This document shows, one piece after another, positions 38,484 to 49,226 of a stretch of 64,000 bases of DNA. The notes beneath the pieces are model-generated. The model was given only the letters and a program-made list of their open reading frames with translations. It did no database searches and had not been told where the DNA came from. Location of the stretch: NCBI GenBank assembly GCA_965203295.1, contig CBDBCZ010000014.1, positions 544,001 through 608,000 on the forward strand, written 5' to 3'. Numbering within the stretch: position 1 is the first letter of the stretch; the number at the start of each line of letters is the position of its first letter. Made by a program: the position numbers and the translations under genes. Source of the DNA: Nitrospirales bacterium (lineage in GTDB: Bacteria; Nitrospirota; Nitrospiria; Nitrospirales; UBA8639).

Positions 38484-39744
38484 CCCCTTGGCAGAGGAGC
38501 AGTAGGCAAGCTTTATATAGCCACTAAACCCGCCAGTAGCACTTGCCAGTAGGACCCAGCCAATTCCAACTGTAACATGTATGTCCGTACATATCATGCA
38601 GAAGGCAAACTGCAGCATATTACTTGCAATGCTATATATATATATTATTGTATCCTAAAATGATTAGCCTATTACATGTATAGAAATTGTGTATTGACAA
38701 CTACATGTATGTATGTATATATCATGTATAGGCTTATAAACTCATGCAATCTGCACTGTTGAAATACAACACTTGGCCTACTACTAAGAGCCTATACTAT
38801 ATTGATACGTACATAGCCCATGTTCTATCCAGACAGTGATAGCCATGCAAAGCCACATTAGTGTCAGCGTGAGCTGCTGGAGTAGAGAAAGCAAAGTGTG
38901 ACTGCCCTAGTTTAAATAGGGCTGAAAGAAGGTGAACAGAGTGAACCCGCTGTGATTGTTTCAAACCTTCTCATCATTCTTTGAAGGGATCTTCATCAAT
39001 TACTAATTGCCTCAGATGTTCTTCAGTTTCCTTAGTCTTTTCTGCCTAATTTCTGCTCTCTGAGCACACCTCAAACTATGCTAACCATTGGTGGATTTCA
39101 ATACTTCAACTTTCTGCTCCAATATAGCTCTCTCTTCTTAATGTCATAATTCCATTGATTTGAACACAAGTGTTCTCAGACACCACAATATTATTTGCTG
39201 TTGTACTCACAACTGGGCAGCTCATAAGCAGTTATCACTTACAAATTACACTCGGGTTTTGTATAGAGGGCAGTACACTAGGATCTCCACCCCCAAGAAT
39301 TTAGTAAAAAATTCCATTGATTTGAACACAAGTGTTTGGTAGTGGACTAGCAGCCAAAGTCCAATACGCTTCTAGGCATCTATTTTTTCAAACATTTTTA
39401 GACCCCCCCCCCCCTGCCCATAGAAGACCATACATGTACTGTACATGCTGCGTATTTCGCGTGTGTCTGTTCACTATTTGTCTCCCCCCTCCAGCAAAGA
39501 ATCCTGTATGAAACCCTGCACACTAAGTAGCATGTCCTTGCAACTTGTTGAGCTGTACACCTGTATCTGTGCTCAGCAAAGCATCTTCCACTTGTGCATG
39601 TCTAGCTCTCAGGCTCCTGTTATGGTAGCACTTACTAGTAGGCCCCAACTGTAGTTACTGTCTCAAGTAGTTACTTTAGTCTGCTGAATGACAGAAGTTC
39701 TTTGTAGTTCTTGACCCGTTCTGTCATACCTTTCTTTCCTTCAG

Positions 39745-42706
39745 AGAACAAGTGGGTGCAGCAGCAGATTCCAGCGTGCCATCCTGTCTTCACAGCCCGT
39801 CATGTGTCTTTTGTCTTCTTCATTGTTGGGGTGATCTTCCTTGCTCTCGAAGTTACCTTTCTCGTTGTTGCAATGAGGGTAAGTGACCTAACATAACAGT
39901 GATGTTTATTTGCATGTACATGTAGATTCAAGTAAGAGCCCTCTGAATTATACCAGTCAAGTCTTAACCATTAACCACGAGCTACATGTTACTTAGACCA
40001 TGGTTTATCCTAAGCATTATCACGTAATTCCAAGGGTGAAACCCGAGGGATTGTGTGTGTATTTACTTTACAGCCCGCCAGTAGACATGGTCTAACCGGC
40101 TTGTATCTTGGGCACTGGCCTAACCAACTCTGGTAGTTTAGCCTCGTTCTCTGTACCATCCCTGAGACTAGCACTATCAATATTAGTGTTGATGAAGCGT
40201 CAAATCGCCTACTCTATAGTAGGTGATTTACAGTCTGCACTATCGGGTGAAGTTTGTACAGTCTATAGTAGGTACTGTTGAGGCCAGAAAATATGGAGTG
40301 GCGATGTGTACATATTTTGGAGAGCTATAAAAATTTTATATAATAGAGATTCAATTAAGATCACACATGGAAACAAGGTGTCCTCTATAGGGAATACCCA
40401 TTGAGCACTGTAGCTTTAAGCTAACAGTACACTTGGCCATACATATATCACCCTGTTGGCATGTACATGTACATGTGTATGTGGCGTTACTTTATAGTAA
40501 GACTCAAGCCAATTTCTACTGATAATATTAGTATTCCACTGCTGTTATTGTATATTGTTGTTGTATACTGTTGTCTTTACATCCCATCTATACTCAGATA
40601 CGTGAGGTGGAAATTCCCTATACTAATTGTGAACCAGTTCCTAGTGATGTCCCTTTCATACGTAACTTCCAGACGTGTTCCGAGTACCTGGCCAATATAA
40701 GTGCTCTAAGTAACATTGAGAGGCGTGATTTTGAAGACTGCCACTGCCGGGTGAATTTCACTGTCCCGGAGGAGCTGCGCTCTCCATGGTACATGTACTG
40801 TGGTCTTGGCAACTACTTCCAGAACCACCGTTGCTACGTCAACTCCTGGGATGTGAAACAGCTGCGAGGAAATCGAGGGAGCTTCTTGAACCCCTCCGGT
40901 GACTGTAACCCCATACGGAATGTTGAGAACACTAATGGCACACGTATGCCTGTTGTACCTTGTGGACTCATTGCAAACAGCTTGTTCAATGGTGAGCATA
41001 CTTTAACAAGTTTGCTTACTTAGGGTCAGGATTAATTAGTAGATTGTTTGTTGTGAGTGGAGTGGAATTTCCACTAGAAACAATGCATGGACTCTCTGAG
41101 TCTACTAGCAAATATTGTGGGAGCGAACCTTCCAAAGAAATTTCTAACGCCAAATGCAGATTTTGGTTTTGATGGATTACTAGATATCTACATGTACGTA
41201 TATGACTTTTGCTTCACCATACTGCATCTTCAGTGATGGCCCATCTCACTTTTAAAATGTTAATACAATGCTTTTCTAGATCTGGCAAAATGCGAACAGT
41301 CACAATGTTTTGTGCACTCCAATGTAGTGATTAGAGTGGATCGTGCGTACATAGTAAAATTCCTGAACACACCTGTGTGTAGTTTGTCCTTGTTCATGTA
41401 GACGTCTGAGTTTAAGTATGTGGGCTGTGTAAATTATTATTGTGTTTGTCTCTCCTTCTAGACTCATTTGATATGTTCATGAATCGTGATACGGGTGAGA
41501 ACATGACCTGCTGTAATAGAACCAACTTTGCCTGGGATACTGACCGTAGTGTTCGTTTCCAAAACCCAAACGGCGCCCCTGAGGTCAGCCCTGAGGATCT
41601 TGTTGACACCACCATGCCCCCCAACTGGCCGTATGATCTTTCAGAAATTCCTGGGGGACTGGAGAGCGAGAGCTTTATTGTTTGGTTTCGTGTGTCAGCA
41701 TTTCCAAAATTCCGCAAACTGTATGGCCGACTGCAAGAGAGTGGTTCCAGTGATATTAATCTCCCTGCAGGAAACGACTCCATCTTTCTCACTTACAGTA
41801 TCCTTCATATTAATGCAATAGTTGTATACATTGTACGTGGCCTCGTTCCTAAGCTCCCCACATTTCATACTGCAAGTGACTAAAACTGGGTTGAGGCATG
41901 GGGAGGAGGCTAGCGTGTATGACTGTGGTCCTAGTTGGAAAGTGAACAAATTCAGTTGCATATTTTGATCATGTCACTACATTAGTGCAGAACACGGTGA
42001 CTGTTATGGGTAGGGCTCAAATGTTATGTGTCGTTGCATCAGTAGTTGTTCCATGTACACTGTGCATTTAAGCCCCACCCATTAACAGAAAATAAGCAAT
42101 ATAAGACATTGAATGCAGTGACAATCTTGGTAGAATAATGTTCATGGGACTGCCACATATTAGTCTAACTTGAAGCATGATGTCATCGCTAAAACAGCTT
42201 ACTAAAGTTCTTGTACATAATGAAGTGGACAAGATATTTAAGTGACTCCTTGCTTGATAGCCATTTGCTGGTGATGTATATGTTGGCTCCTCTCTGTGTG
42301 GTAGCTATGTAGCATGCATCTAGCTAGTATAAATCACTTAGCCAGTTCAAACTGAGATTCTTAAGGTGCATATGCAGGTATGTGTATATCTCTGAAAGTT
42401 GTTTGCACAGTGTAAGTTAAAGTTATCAGCCAGTTTCCTTAACCTACAGCAGACTACCCTGTTCGTGAATATAAAGGGACCAAATCTCTCTTCCTTGCTG
42501 AGATCTCCTGGCTAGGTGGACGGAACCTGTTCTTGGGCATTGCGTACATTGTGACAGCAACTCCGTCGATAATTGCAGGCTTGGTGCTGCTGCTAATACA
42601 CTTCGCCTGTTCACACTGGTATGTAGATGTAGTTTCTACTGCCATTGGTTTATGTAGCTTTGTCCCCAGGCTCTCTCGCAGCAAAAGTTGGGCAGAGGCC
42701 TTGTAG
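39745..42706 (+). CDS. TMEM30A: CDC50/TMEM30 (P4-ATPase flippase beta subunit), left copy; first coding exon not found, may be non-functional
   Basis: Exons 39745-39878 (WVQQQIPAC...FFIVGVIF), 40598-40991 (NYFQNHR.YV; PCGLIANSLFN), 41462-41797 (FIVWFRVSAFPKFRKLYG), 42453-42618 (YPV...SWLGGRNLFLGIAYIV), 42670-42706; frame open across these exons. Confidence 0.8.
41798..42452 (+). other. U12-type (minor spliceosome) GT-AG intron
   Basis: 5' site GTATCCTT; branch site TTCCTTAAC at 42435-42443, about 10 nt before AG; splicing gives TY-N-YPV. Confidence 0.9.
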
Positions 42707-44184
42707 GTTTAATGTGTGGGTGTTTAATGGACTGAATGAGGGCCACTCCCATAGTCTCTGTAAGTGTGTATATAGTTACCATTGCAGTCATGATCTTGAC
42801 CAGCTAGTGATTGCACTGATTTGTCCATTTGCACAAGGCCTCTCCTGTTGTGCTATTGATTGTCAACTGGCACTTTTGTAAGCTTATTCCAAGCCCTCTG
42901 CTTATTTGGGTACATGAAGATAAAGACGTTCCTGTTAATGTCCAATGGTGTGGACCTGGTAATTAATTTAAGGTATATAGCATTTTTTCACTCCTTGGCC
43001 CACTGTTGTTTAGAACCATGGGAAACAGTATGATGTTTTGCTACTGTGGACAATTCTAACTTCTAAGTAGATACATTAACAGGTACGGATCGAGATGACT
43101 GCAGTTGCGACTATAGAGTCTATGGGAGTGATCCTCGGAGGTCGTAGTCCTATCCCACCTCGGTTCTACCACAAGTGTCTGTTTTTTCCTTTGCAGGAAA
43201 CACTCAAGAAATTGAAATCCATGAACTGCCTTGAAGCCAGTGGTGCATATCAATGCCACTTGTAATCATCTTATGTCTATAAAGTTGATGTGTTATACAT
43301 ATTAATATTTGTGTACAGACTGCGGGCTGCGGTTCTAGCAGTAACGGGAGGGAGGAGCTGACTTCTCACGTGCATGCTAATCGTTAGTACTGTAGTAAGC
43401 TTTAATATAGTCTCACGCCAGTGTACGGTCTTGCGTCGCTGCAGAGCAACTGCGAAGATCCTCAAGAAGTGTGGCTTTCTGAGTGAGTGCATGTTGGTGA
43501 GTGTAAAGCTTAGCAGAGAATACAGTAGCTTCATTTAAGGTGACCGTAAGATAAATTATTATTAGCAGAAACATCATCAGCACCATAAACCATTACTGAT
43601 TCTCCAACTGAAACTAGTATGACTCAATGAATTACTCCACAATGGCATATATACCAAGAGCCAAGTGTGAGGGACAGCCAAAGACACTAGTGTTAGTAAA
43701 ATACAGAGGCTGAGGATCATTACAAAATGATTGGACATGTGCCTGACTCACTCGGGGAGGAGTGCACCCTGGCACTCAATGCCTACGACTTTATATATAA
43801 AGCCAATCAACCTTTCGGTAGCAGGTCAATGCACACTGCCATGCTCAGCGCTATCTGGCATGGTTACACAAGATTTAGCTACTTCTAAGCATGGAGGGTG
43901 AGTATGAAACATTCTTTGCTCATTTCTTCCTCGTCAATCATCTTGCCTCCTCTTTCTTCTGGAGCTTCCAAACTATGCTCAGCACCACTACTGACTCTAG
44001 AACGATCTGAGCTGCTTGCTCTTTTCCTTTCCTGCTTTACTCTCCTGCACTTCATTTCTAAATCTCTGCCGAGCTACCAACCATTTAGCAGTGCTTCATA
44101 TAGAATTCTGTTTTTCACTGTCTCTGTAATCAATATACCCCTCTCAAGACTAAGAAATGCCCGAAATCTCATCTTGCTTTCATG

Positions 44185-47100
44185 ATTTGTCTTGGTTCCT
44201 TACACAGTTCCTTCTAGGGTTGCTTACCACTGTCATACACTGCATTGTTTGTTAAATATTAACGCAGTAGCAATCACTTATCTAATTGTCACTTGTTTTA
44301 GAAGTTGAAGCTTTTGGTATTTTTGAAGCACAGAGACAGATTTCCAATTAGCCAGGACTATACCTTCCCTGTCTTTGTGTGATCTCAAAGTGGGCTGTCA
44401 GGGGTAGGGTTCTATACATGGTTTCTTCAGACGTTGCTTACTGCAAATGGACGCAGTACTAGGGAGATGCAGGGCATCTTAGGGCGAGCCTGAGTGAGCG
44501 CTTGCTTCCTAGCAGTGATATGTGACATGCGTGTACGTTTACTGTGAATTAACAACAACAAGTGACACAAATGACAGTAATTATTCTCAAGTAGCTACTC
44601 TCAAAAATGTAAAGTGTTCAGTACCAATTCCCAATTAGTTATACAATGGAATACCGTAAATCCTAATAGTCAGGCTTAGATGTTGAGTACTTTTGTAAAT
44701 ACAACGAACTGGCTCCCTTAGTACTGTGAAACAGTCAAGGATCCTGTTTACTGGATTTGCTGTAATTGTACATTCTGTTTCACATAAGTATGGAAGCCTG
44801 TTCGCCGTACTTAAAAAGTACTCAACCTCTAAATCAAAGCTGTTTCCTGACTATTAGGACTGGTTTAAAACATAATAGCATAATTTTCCAAGGGTATGAA
44901 AGAGTATGGTTCTTGAGGGTATAGAAATTTCTATACATCCCAAGGGTTCCTATTTGCCAGTCTTATAAAACACACAACTTTGAAAAGTGATTACTGTGAA
45001 GCCTCTAAATTAATCGTACCTGAAGAATAGTAACAGCTTCCTATTTAAATCTTCACGCTGATAATGTGCACACAGAACACATTACTTCACTTTTGTTCAT
45101 GCAATAGTTCCTTACAGACAGCAGAATGACATAACAAAATGTGAGAATCAACAAATAATGCCGCAACCGCTAACTACAAGAGATACTTGGAGCAGTTACT
45201 ACTTCCAAAATAATTCCCCACTCTAATTGATAAGCACACACATAACTTTTCTTGTGTAAACACAACCATCATGTACAGACAGTATGCAAAACATATCACT
45301 TCAGTTAGCAATTGTAGAAGGAACCGTGTAAGAAACCATACTTCTGACAGCCCACCCGGAGATATCGTACTTGAATTAAACATTACTTTTCTTGTGTTTG
45401 CACATTGTCACTTCAGAGATTGCAGGCACAAAACATAGGTGGGGGGATATTAGTCACACAGAACACAATTGATGTTATGAAATTTTACAGAACAGGAGTT
45501 ATTGAATGTTCACCCACTCTGAGACTCACACACAACCTAAAAACAGGTGACCTGGTGTGCTGTGTGACACCCTACCGCCAACCTAAATAAGTGTGTTTTG
45601 ACCACTTTATTTCTAAGAGTGAAGAGCCACAGCCTCTAGCTACCAGAGAAAATGGAGAGGTAACAGCTTCCCAATTTCATTCCACACTCTAGTATAGCAT
45701 ACTTTTCTTACTCGCATAATGTTTAACTTAATTCAGAGATTGTATGCAGGTACAAAATATAGGTGAGCTACAATAGTTATAGACTTTCATTAGTAAGCAA
45801 TGTTGTACTGTAGGCTTAGAGGGTGATGTATGTCCGGCAAGCAGGCACCCTGAGGTGCAATGTTGCTATTTCTTAGTAATCACTTTTCGGTTGCTCTTAT
45901 ACATATTCCTGGCCAATAATGAGGGTAGCTATTATAACCTAAGAGGGATTTCTATGAAGCAGTGACATTGTACCAAGGTTGCCTGTTCAACAGACATATA
46001 TACAGAAGCACTCAACCTCTAAGCCAAGGTTATTTTCAGACTGTTTATCCTGGTGTAAACTATAATCCCAGAAATGTGGCTCTTGGTATTTATATAGTAC
46101 AGAGACGGATTCCCACCTTTAGTTTAAGTATTCTTCTAGTGCGATGTGAAAGGGGGCTGTCAGTATGTAGGACATTTTCTTACAAGATTTGAGTTTAACC
46201 ATGCGTTGCTTACTGAAGTTGTAATCTCTAGAGATATAACTACATAGACCATAATTGTTTCTCACTCTCTGAATTAACTGCATGAGATAAGGAGTGTGTA
46301 CGTATGCTTACTTAGAGTGGGGAAGCTGTTACTTTTCCTCTCTCTCTGGTAGCTAGAGGCTGTGGCTTTTGGTATCTCTGGAATACAGAGACAGATTCCC
46401 AATTAGCTAGGAATGCGTACCTTGCCTGACTTTGTGTGATCTCAACGTGGGCTGTCAGGGGTACCGCGCGCATGCAGAAATAAAGTGGAATGCGTTTCAG
46501 GGAAATTTGACAGGAAATCTGGCAGTTTAGGTACAGGACAGTATAGGATAGGGTAGAATTTCCTTTAAAATCATGAAATTCTGCCCTATCCTATACTACC
46601 TTAAATTGTACCTGAAATACCAGATTTTCTGTCAAATTTCCTTGTAACACGTTTCAGGAAATTCCACTTTTTTCTGCATTTTTTTACTGTACATGGTTGC
46701 TTACATGATTCCTTCTAGAGCTGCTTGCCGCGATTAGGTACTGCATAGTTTGTCTATTTTCACATTTTGTTCTGTCTGCTGTCTTTAAAGGAGAACTATG
46801 AACGCTAAATTAGAGCTGGGATGTGTTTGGAAAGCAGTCAATTATTTTTTCTCCCTGGTAGCTAGAGAGTGTGGCTCTTAGCATCTTCAAAATGCAAGGA
46901 CTGATTTCCTATTAGTTGTGCAAAGGAATATCCTTACTTCAATTCTTCAAATACAATATTTCACGGAGTGGGCTCTTAGTGGTACGAATCCTTACACAGT
47001 TCTTTCTAGAGTTGCTTGCTGATGTAGTATACTGTATTAATTTACTAGTTGTTTACCACCTATTGTTTGTACCGAATATCTCTAGCAGATCATTGTGAGA

Positions 47101-47681
47101 ACATATGAAAAGTAATAGATGTAGGGCGGGGATGAAATTAGGATGCAGTAGCTGCTCCAATTCTCTCTGGTAGAGAGAGGTTGTGGCTTTTGGTGTCCAC
47201 CCTTCTTCAGGTATTGAAGTGCTATCTCAAAGTGGGCTGTCAGGGGTAGTGTTCCTGACTTGGTTCCTTACACGGTTCCATCTAGAGCAGCGTATTACGA
47301 TTTTGTACTGCATATAATTTGGTTTGTTTTCACATTTATCCTGTCTTCTTTCCCTAAAGAATCATTGTGTTCACATGTGGAGAGTAAAGTATGCACTTAC
47401 CAGAGTAGGCAATTATTTGGGAAGCACTAACTGCTCCAATTCTCTCTGCTAGGAATACACTGATCTCAAAGTTGGCTATCAGTACAAGACACGGTTCCTT
47501 ATTAGACGTTTCTTCAACTGTTGATTATTAATGGCTCATTCCACTTTGCTTATTGAAGTTGTGTTCTGTGTGACTAATTATCTCCCACCTATGTTTCATT
47601 TTAGCAATCACTAATGGCAAACACAAGAAAGGTATTGTGTACAATTAATTAGAGTTGGAAATGAAATTGGGAATTTGGTTC
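44185..47681. repeat. Second block of the complex satellite (mirrored at ~50814-54313)
   Basis: Same motifs as 28367-32210; contains a palindromic insert at ~46472-46678. Confidence 0.8.
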
Positions 47682-48311
47682 TATAACCTCCCTGTTCCTT
47701 GAATAAAGACTTCATTCTTCTGTACTTTAATTCAACCTCAGCGTGATCTGCATACTGTTTCTTGCGCAGTAAGAGCTACATGTAGTAAGTTTAGCTTGGT
47801 CATACCTAAGTACATGGTCTACGTTATTGTACACACATTCGAATACAGCAGATCTAGAGCTCAGCCTGTCCAGGTAGCTAGAGTGCGATAATATTTCCTA
47901 GGCGCTACCGTATTTCCTAGTACTAGTAAATTGAATCGCTCAGCGATAGTATTTCCTAGTAAATTCTGTCGCCGCGATCGAATTTCCGAGCGATCGAATT
48001 TACTGTGACACCGTGTCTTGTACTGACAGCCAACTTTGAGATCAGTGCATATTCCTAGCAGAGAGAATTGGAGCCGTACCTCTCATTTCATGTATTATTG
48101 GTATCGAGAACGCACAATGAACCGACAGCTAGCTAAGAAAAAGGCACCACGAAGTAAATAAATGCGGGGGCGGGGCACGCTACGATATGCGCCACGCGCG
48201 TCAATGCTTTTCGCGCCAGCTCACGCAGCTCTTGACTGCGTAAGAAAGTTGAACTCTCTAGAATTAAAGTGCGGAAGAATGAAGTCTCTACTCAAGGAAC
48301 AGGGAGGTATA
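47682..48311. repeat. Inverted-repeat-bounded composite segment at the palindrome's inner left breakpoint
   Basis: ACCTCCCTGTTCCTTGAATAAAGACTTCATTCTTC / GAAGAATGAAGTCTCTACTCAAGGAACAGGGAGGT; encloses a Ginger end and an inverted copy of ~32217-32357. Confidence 0.7.
47884..48010 (-). mobile_element. Second Ginger-like terminus (TGTCACAG on the minus strand)
   Basis: Nearly identical to 30322-30443; the minus-strand flank reads GTACAAGACACGG|TGTCACAG. Confidence 0.75.
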
Positions 48312-48551
48312 GGTATTATCAAATAATTTGTAGCAAGACCTGACAGTTCCCAATTTATACCCCATGCACCTAGCAGTTTCACGAGTTCACATGAAACAGT
48401 AATTGATTGTAGGTATCTATCAATGGATGCATGTAAAGAACTTTGAGATTATACTTCTGTAAAATGGAAGCGGCAACATACAAGAAAGATTATAGACGTC
48501 TGTTAACATTAAGGATTCTGAAGCATCTTGAAGAGGAGTACATATATCGTT

Positions 48552-49226
48552 ATACCACATTACATCACATCCAAGGTGTTTGATTGGAGCAGAAGAGGAG
48601 TATAAAGGGTCATATACTACGTACATTTATGTTTTCATCTTTTAATATACTGCTTTCATGCAGTTTTTATGTATTATGACATCGTAAATAACTGCTGCCT
48701 CTGGGAATGCTAGCCCAGCGTTTCTAGGTACCTACTCCACCCGATTGGTCAAATGTTGTATAAGCCGGATATACCACGCCTAGGCAAGAAGCGATTGGCC
48801 GCCTGTGTATATGTATAGGATATACTCGAAGTATAAACGCGATTACTCCGCTAGGCTGTTTAAACCGTCTAGCGGAGTATATGTATAGGATATACCGCGT
48901 CAACGAGGAGTATAAACGCAGATAAACTCCGTTAGACAGTTTATCCGAGGCGTAGCCGAGGGTAAACCGTCTAGCGGAGTTTATCGCGTTTATACTCCGA
49001 TTAGGCGTGGTATATCCGGCTTATATCACAGGCGGCCAATCGCTTCTTGCCGTTTGTCATCGCCATAGTTACCATTCAGTAGTATTCATTTATTACGTAA
49101 ACAAAAAACACGTCAACGAACATGAAAACACGCATGGAAAACATGAAAACAAAATAGTAGTATAAACACCTTTATACTCCTCTCTGTAGCCAATGAATTT
49201 CTCCAAAAGTGATGTAATGTGATATA
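48552..49226. mobile_element. Foldback non-autonomous element in the palindrome spacer
   Basis: Ends CCACATTACATCAC...GAGGAGTATAAAG / CTTTATACTCCTC...GTGATGTAATGTG; inner arms TAAGCCGGATATACCACGCCTA / TAGGCGTGGTATATCCGGCTTA around CCGAGGCGTAGCCGAGG. Confidence 0.6.

Larger units (their letters stand above)
34863..47681 (+). repeat. Left arm of giant inverted duplication (outer limit set by the window edge)
   Basis: Reverse complement of 50814-64000; many ORF-track translations are mirrored (e.g. 41440-41883 + equals 56976-57419 -). Confidence 0.98.

Noticed and set aside
37748..39150. Antisense coding-like fragments between CEP78 and CDC50
   Set aside because: Broken frames with no identifiable motif; cannot be assigned without a search.
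43860..44185. Purine-skewed segment suggestive of a retroelement ORF fragment
   Set aside because: No diagnostic motif; too little evidence to name.
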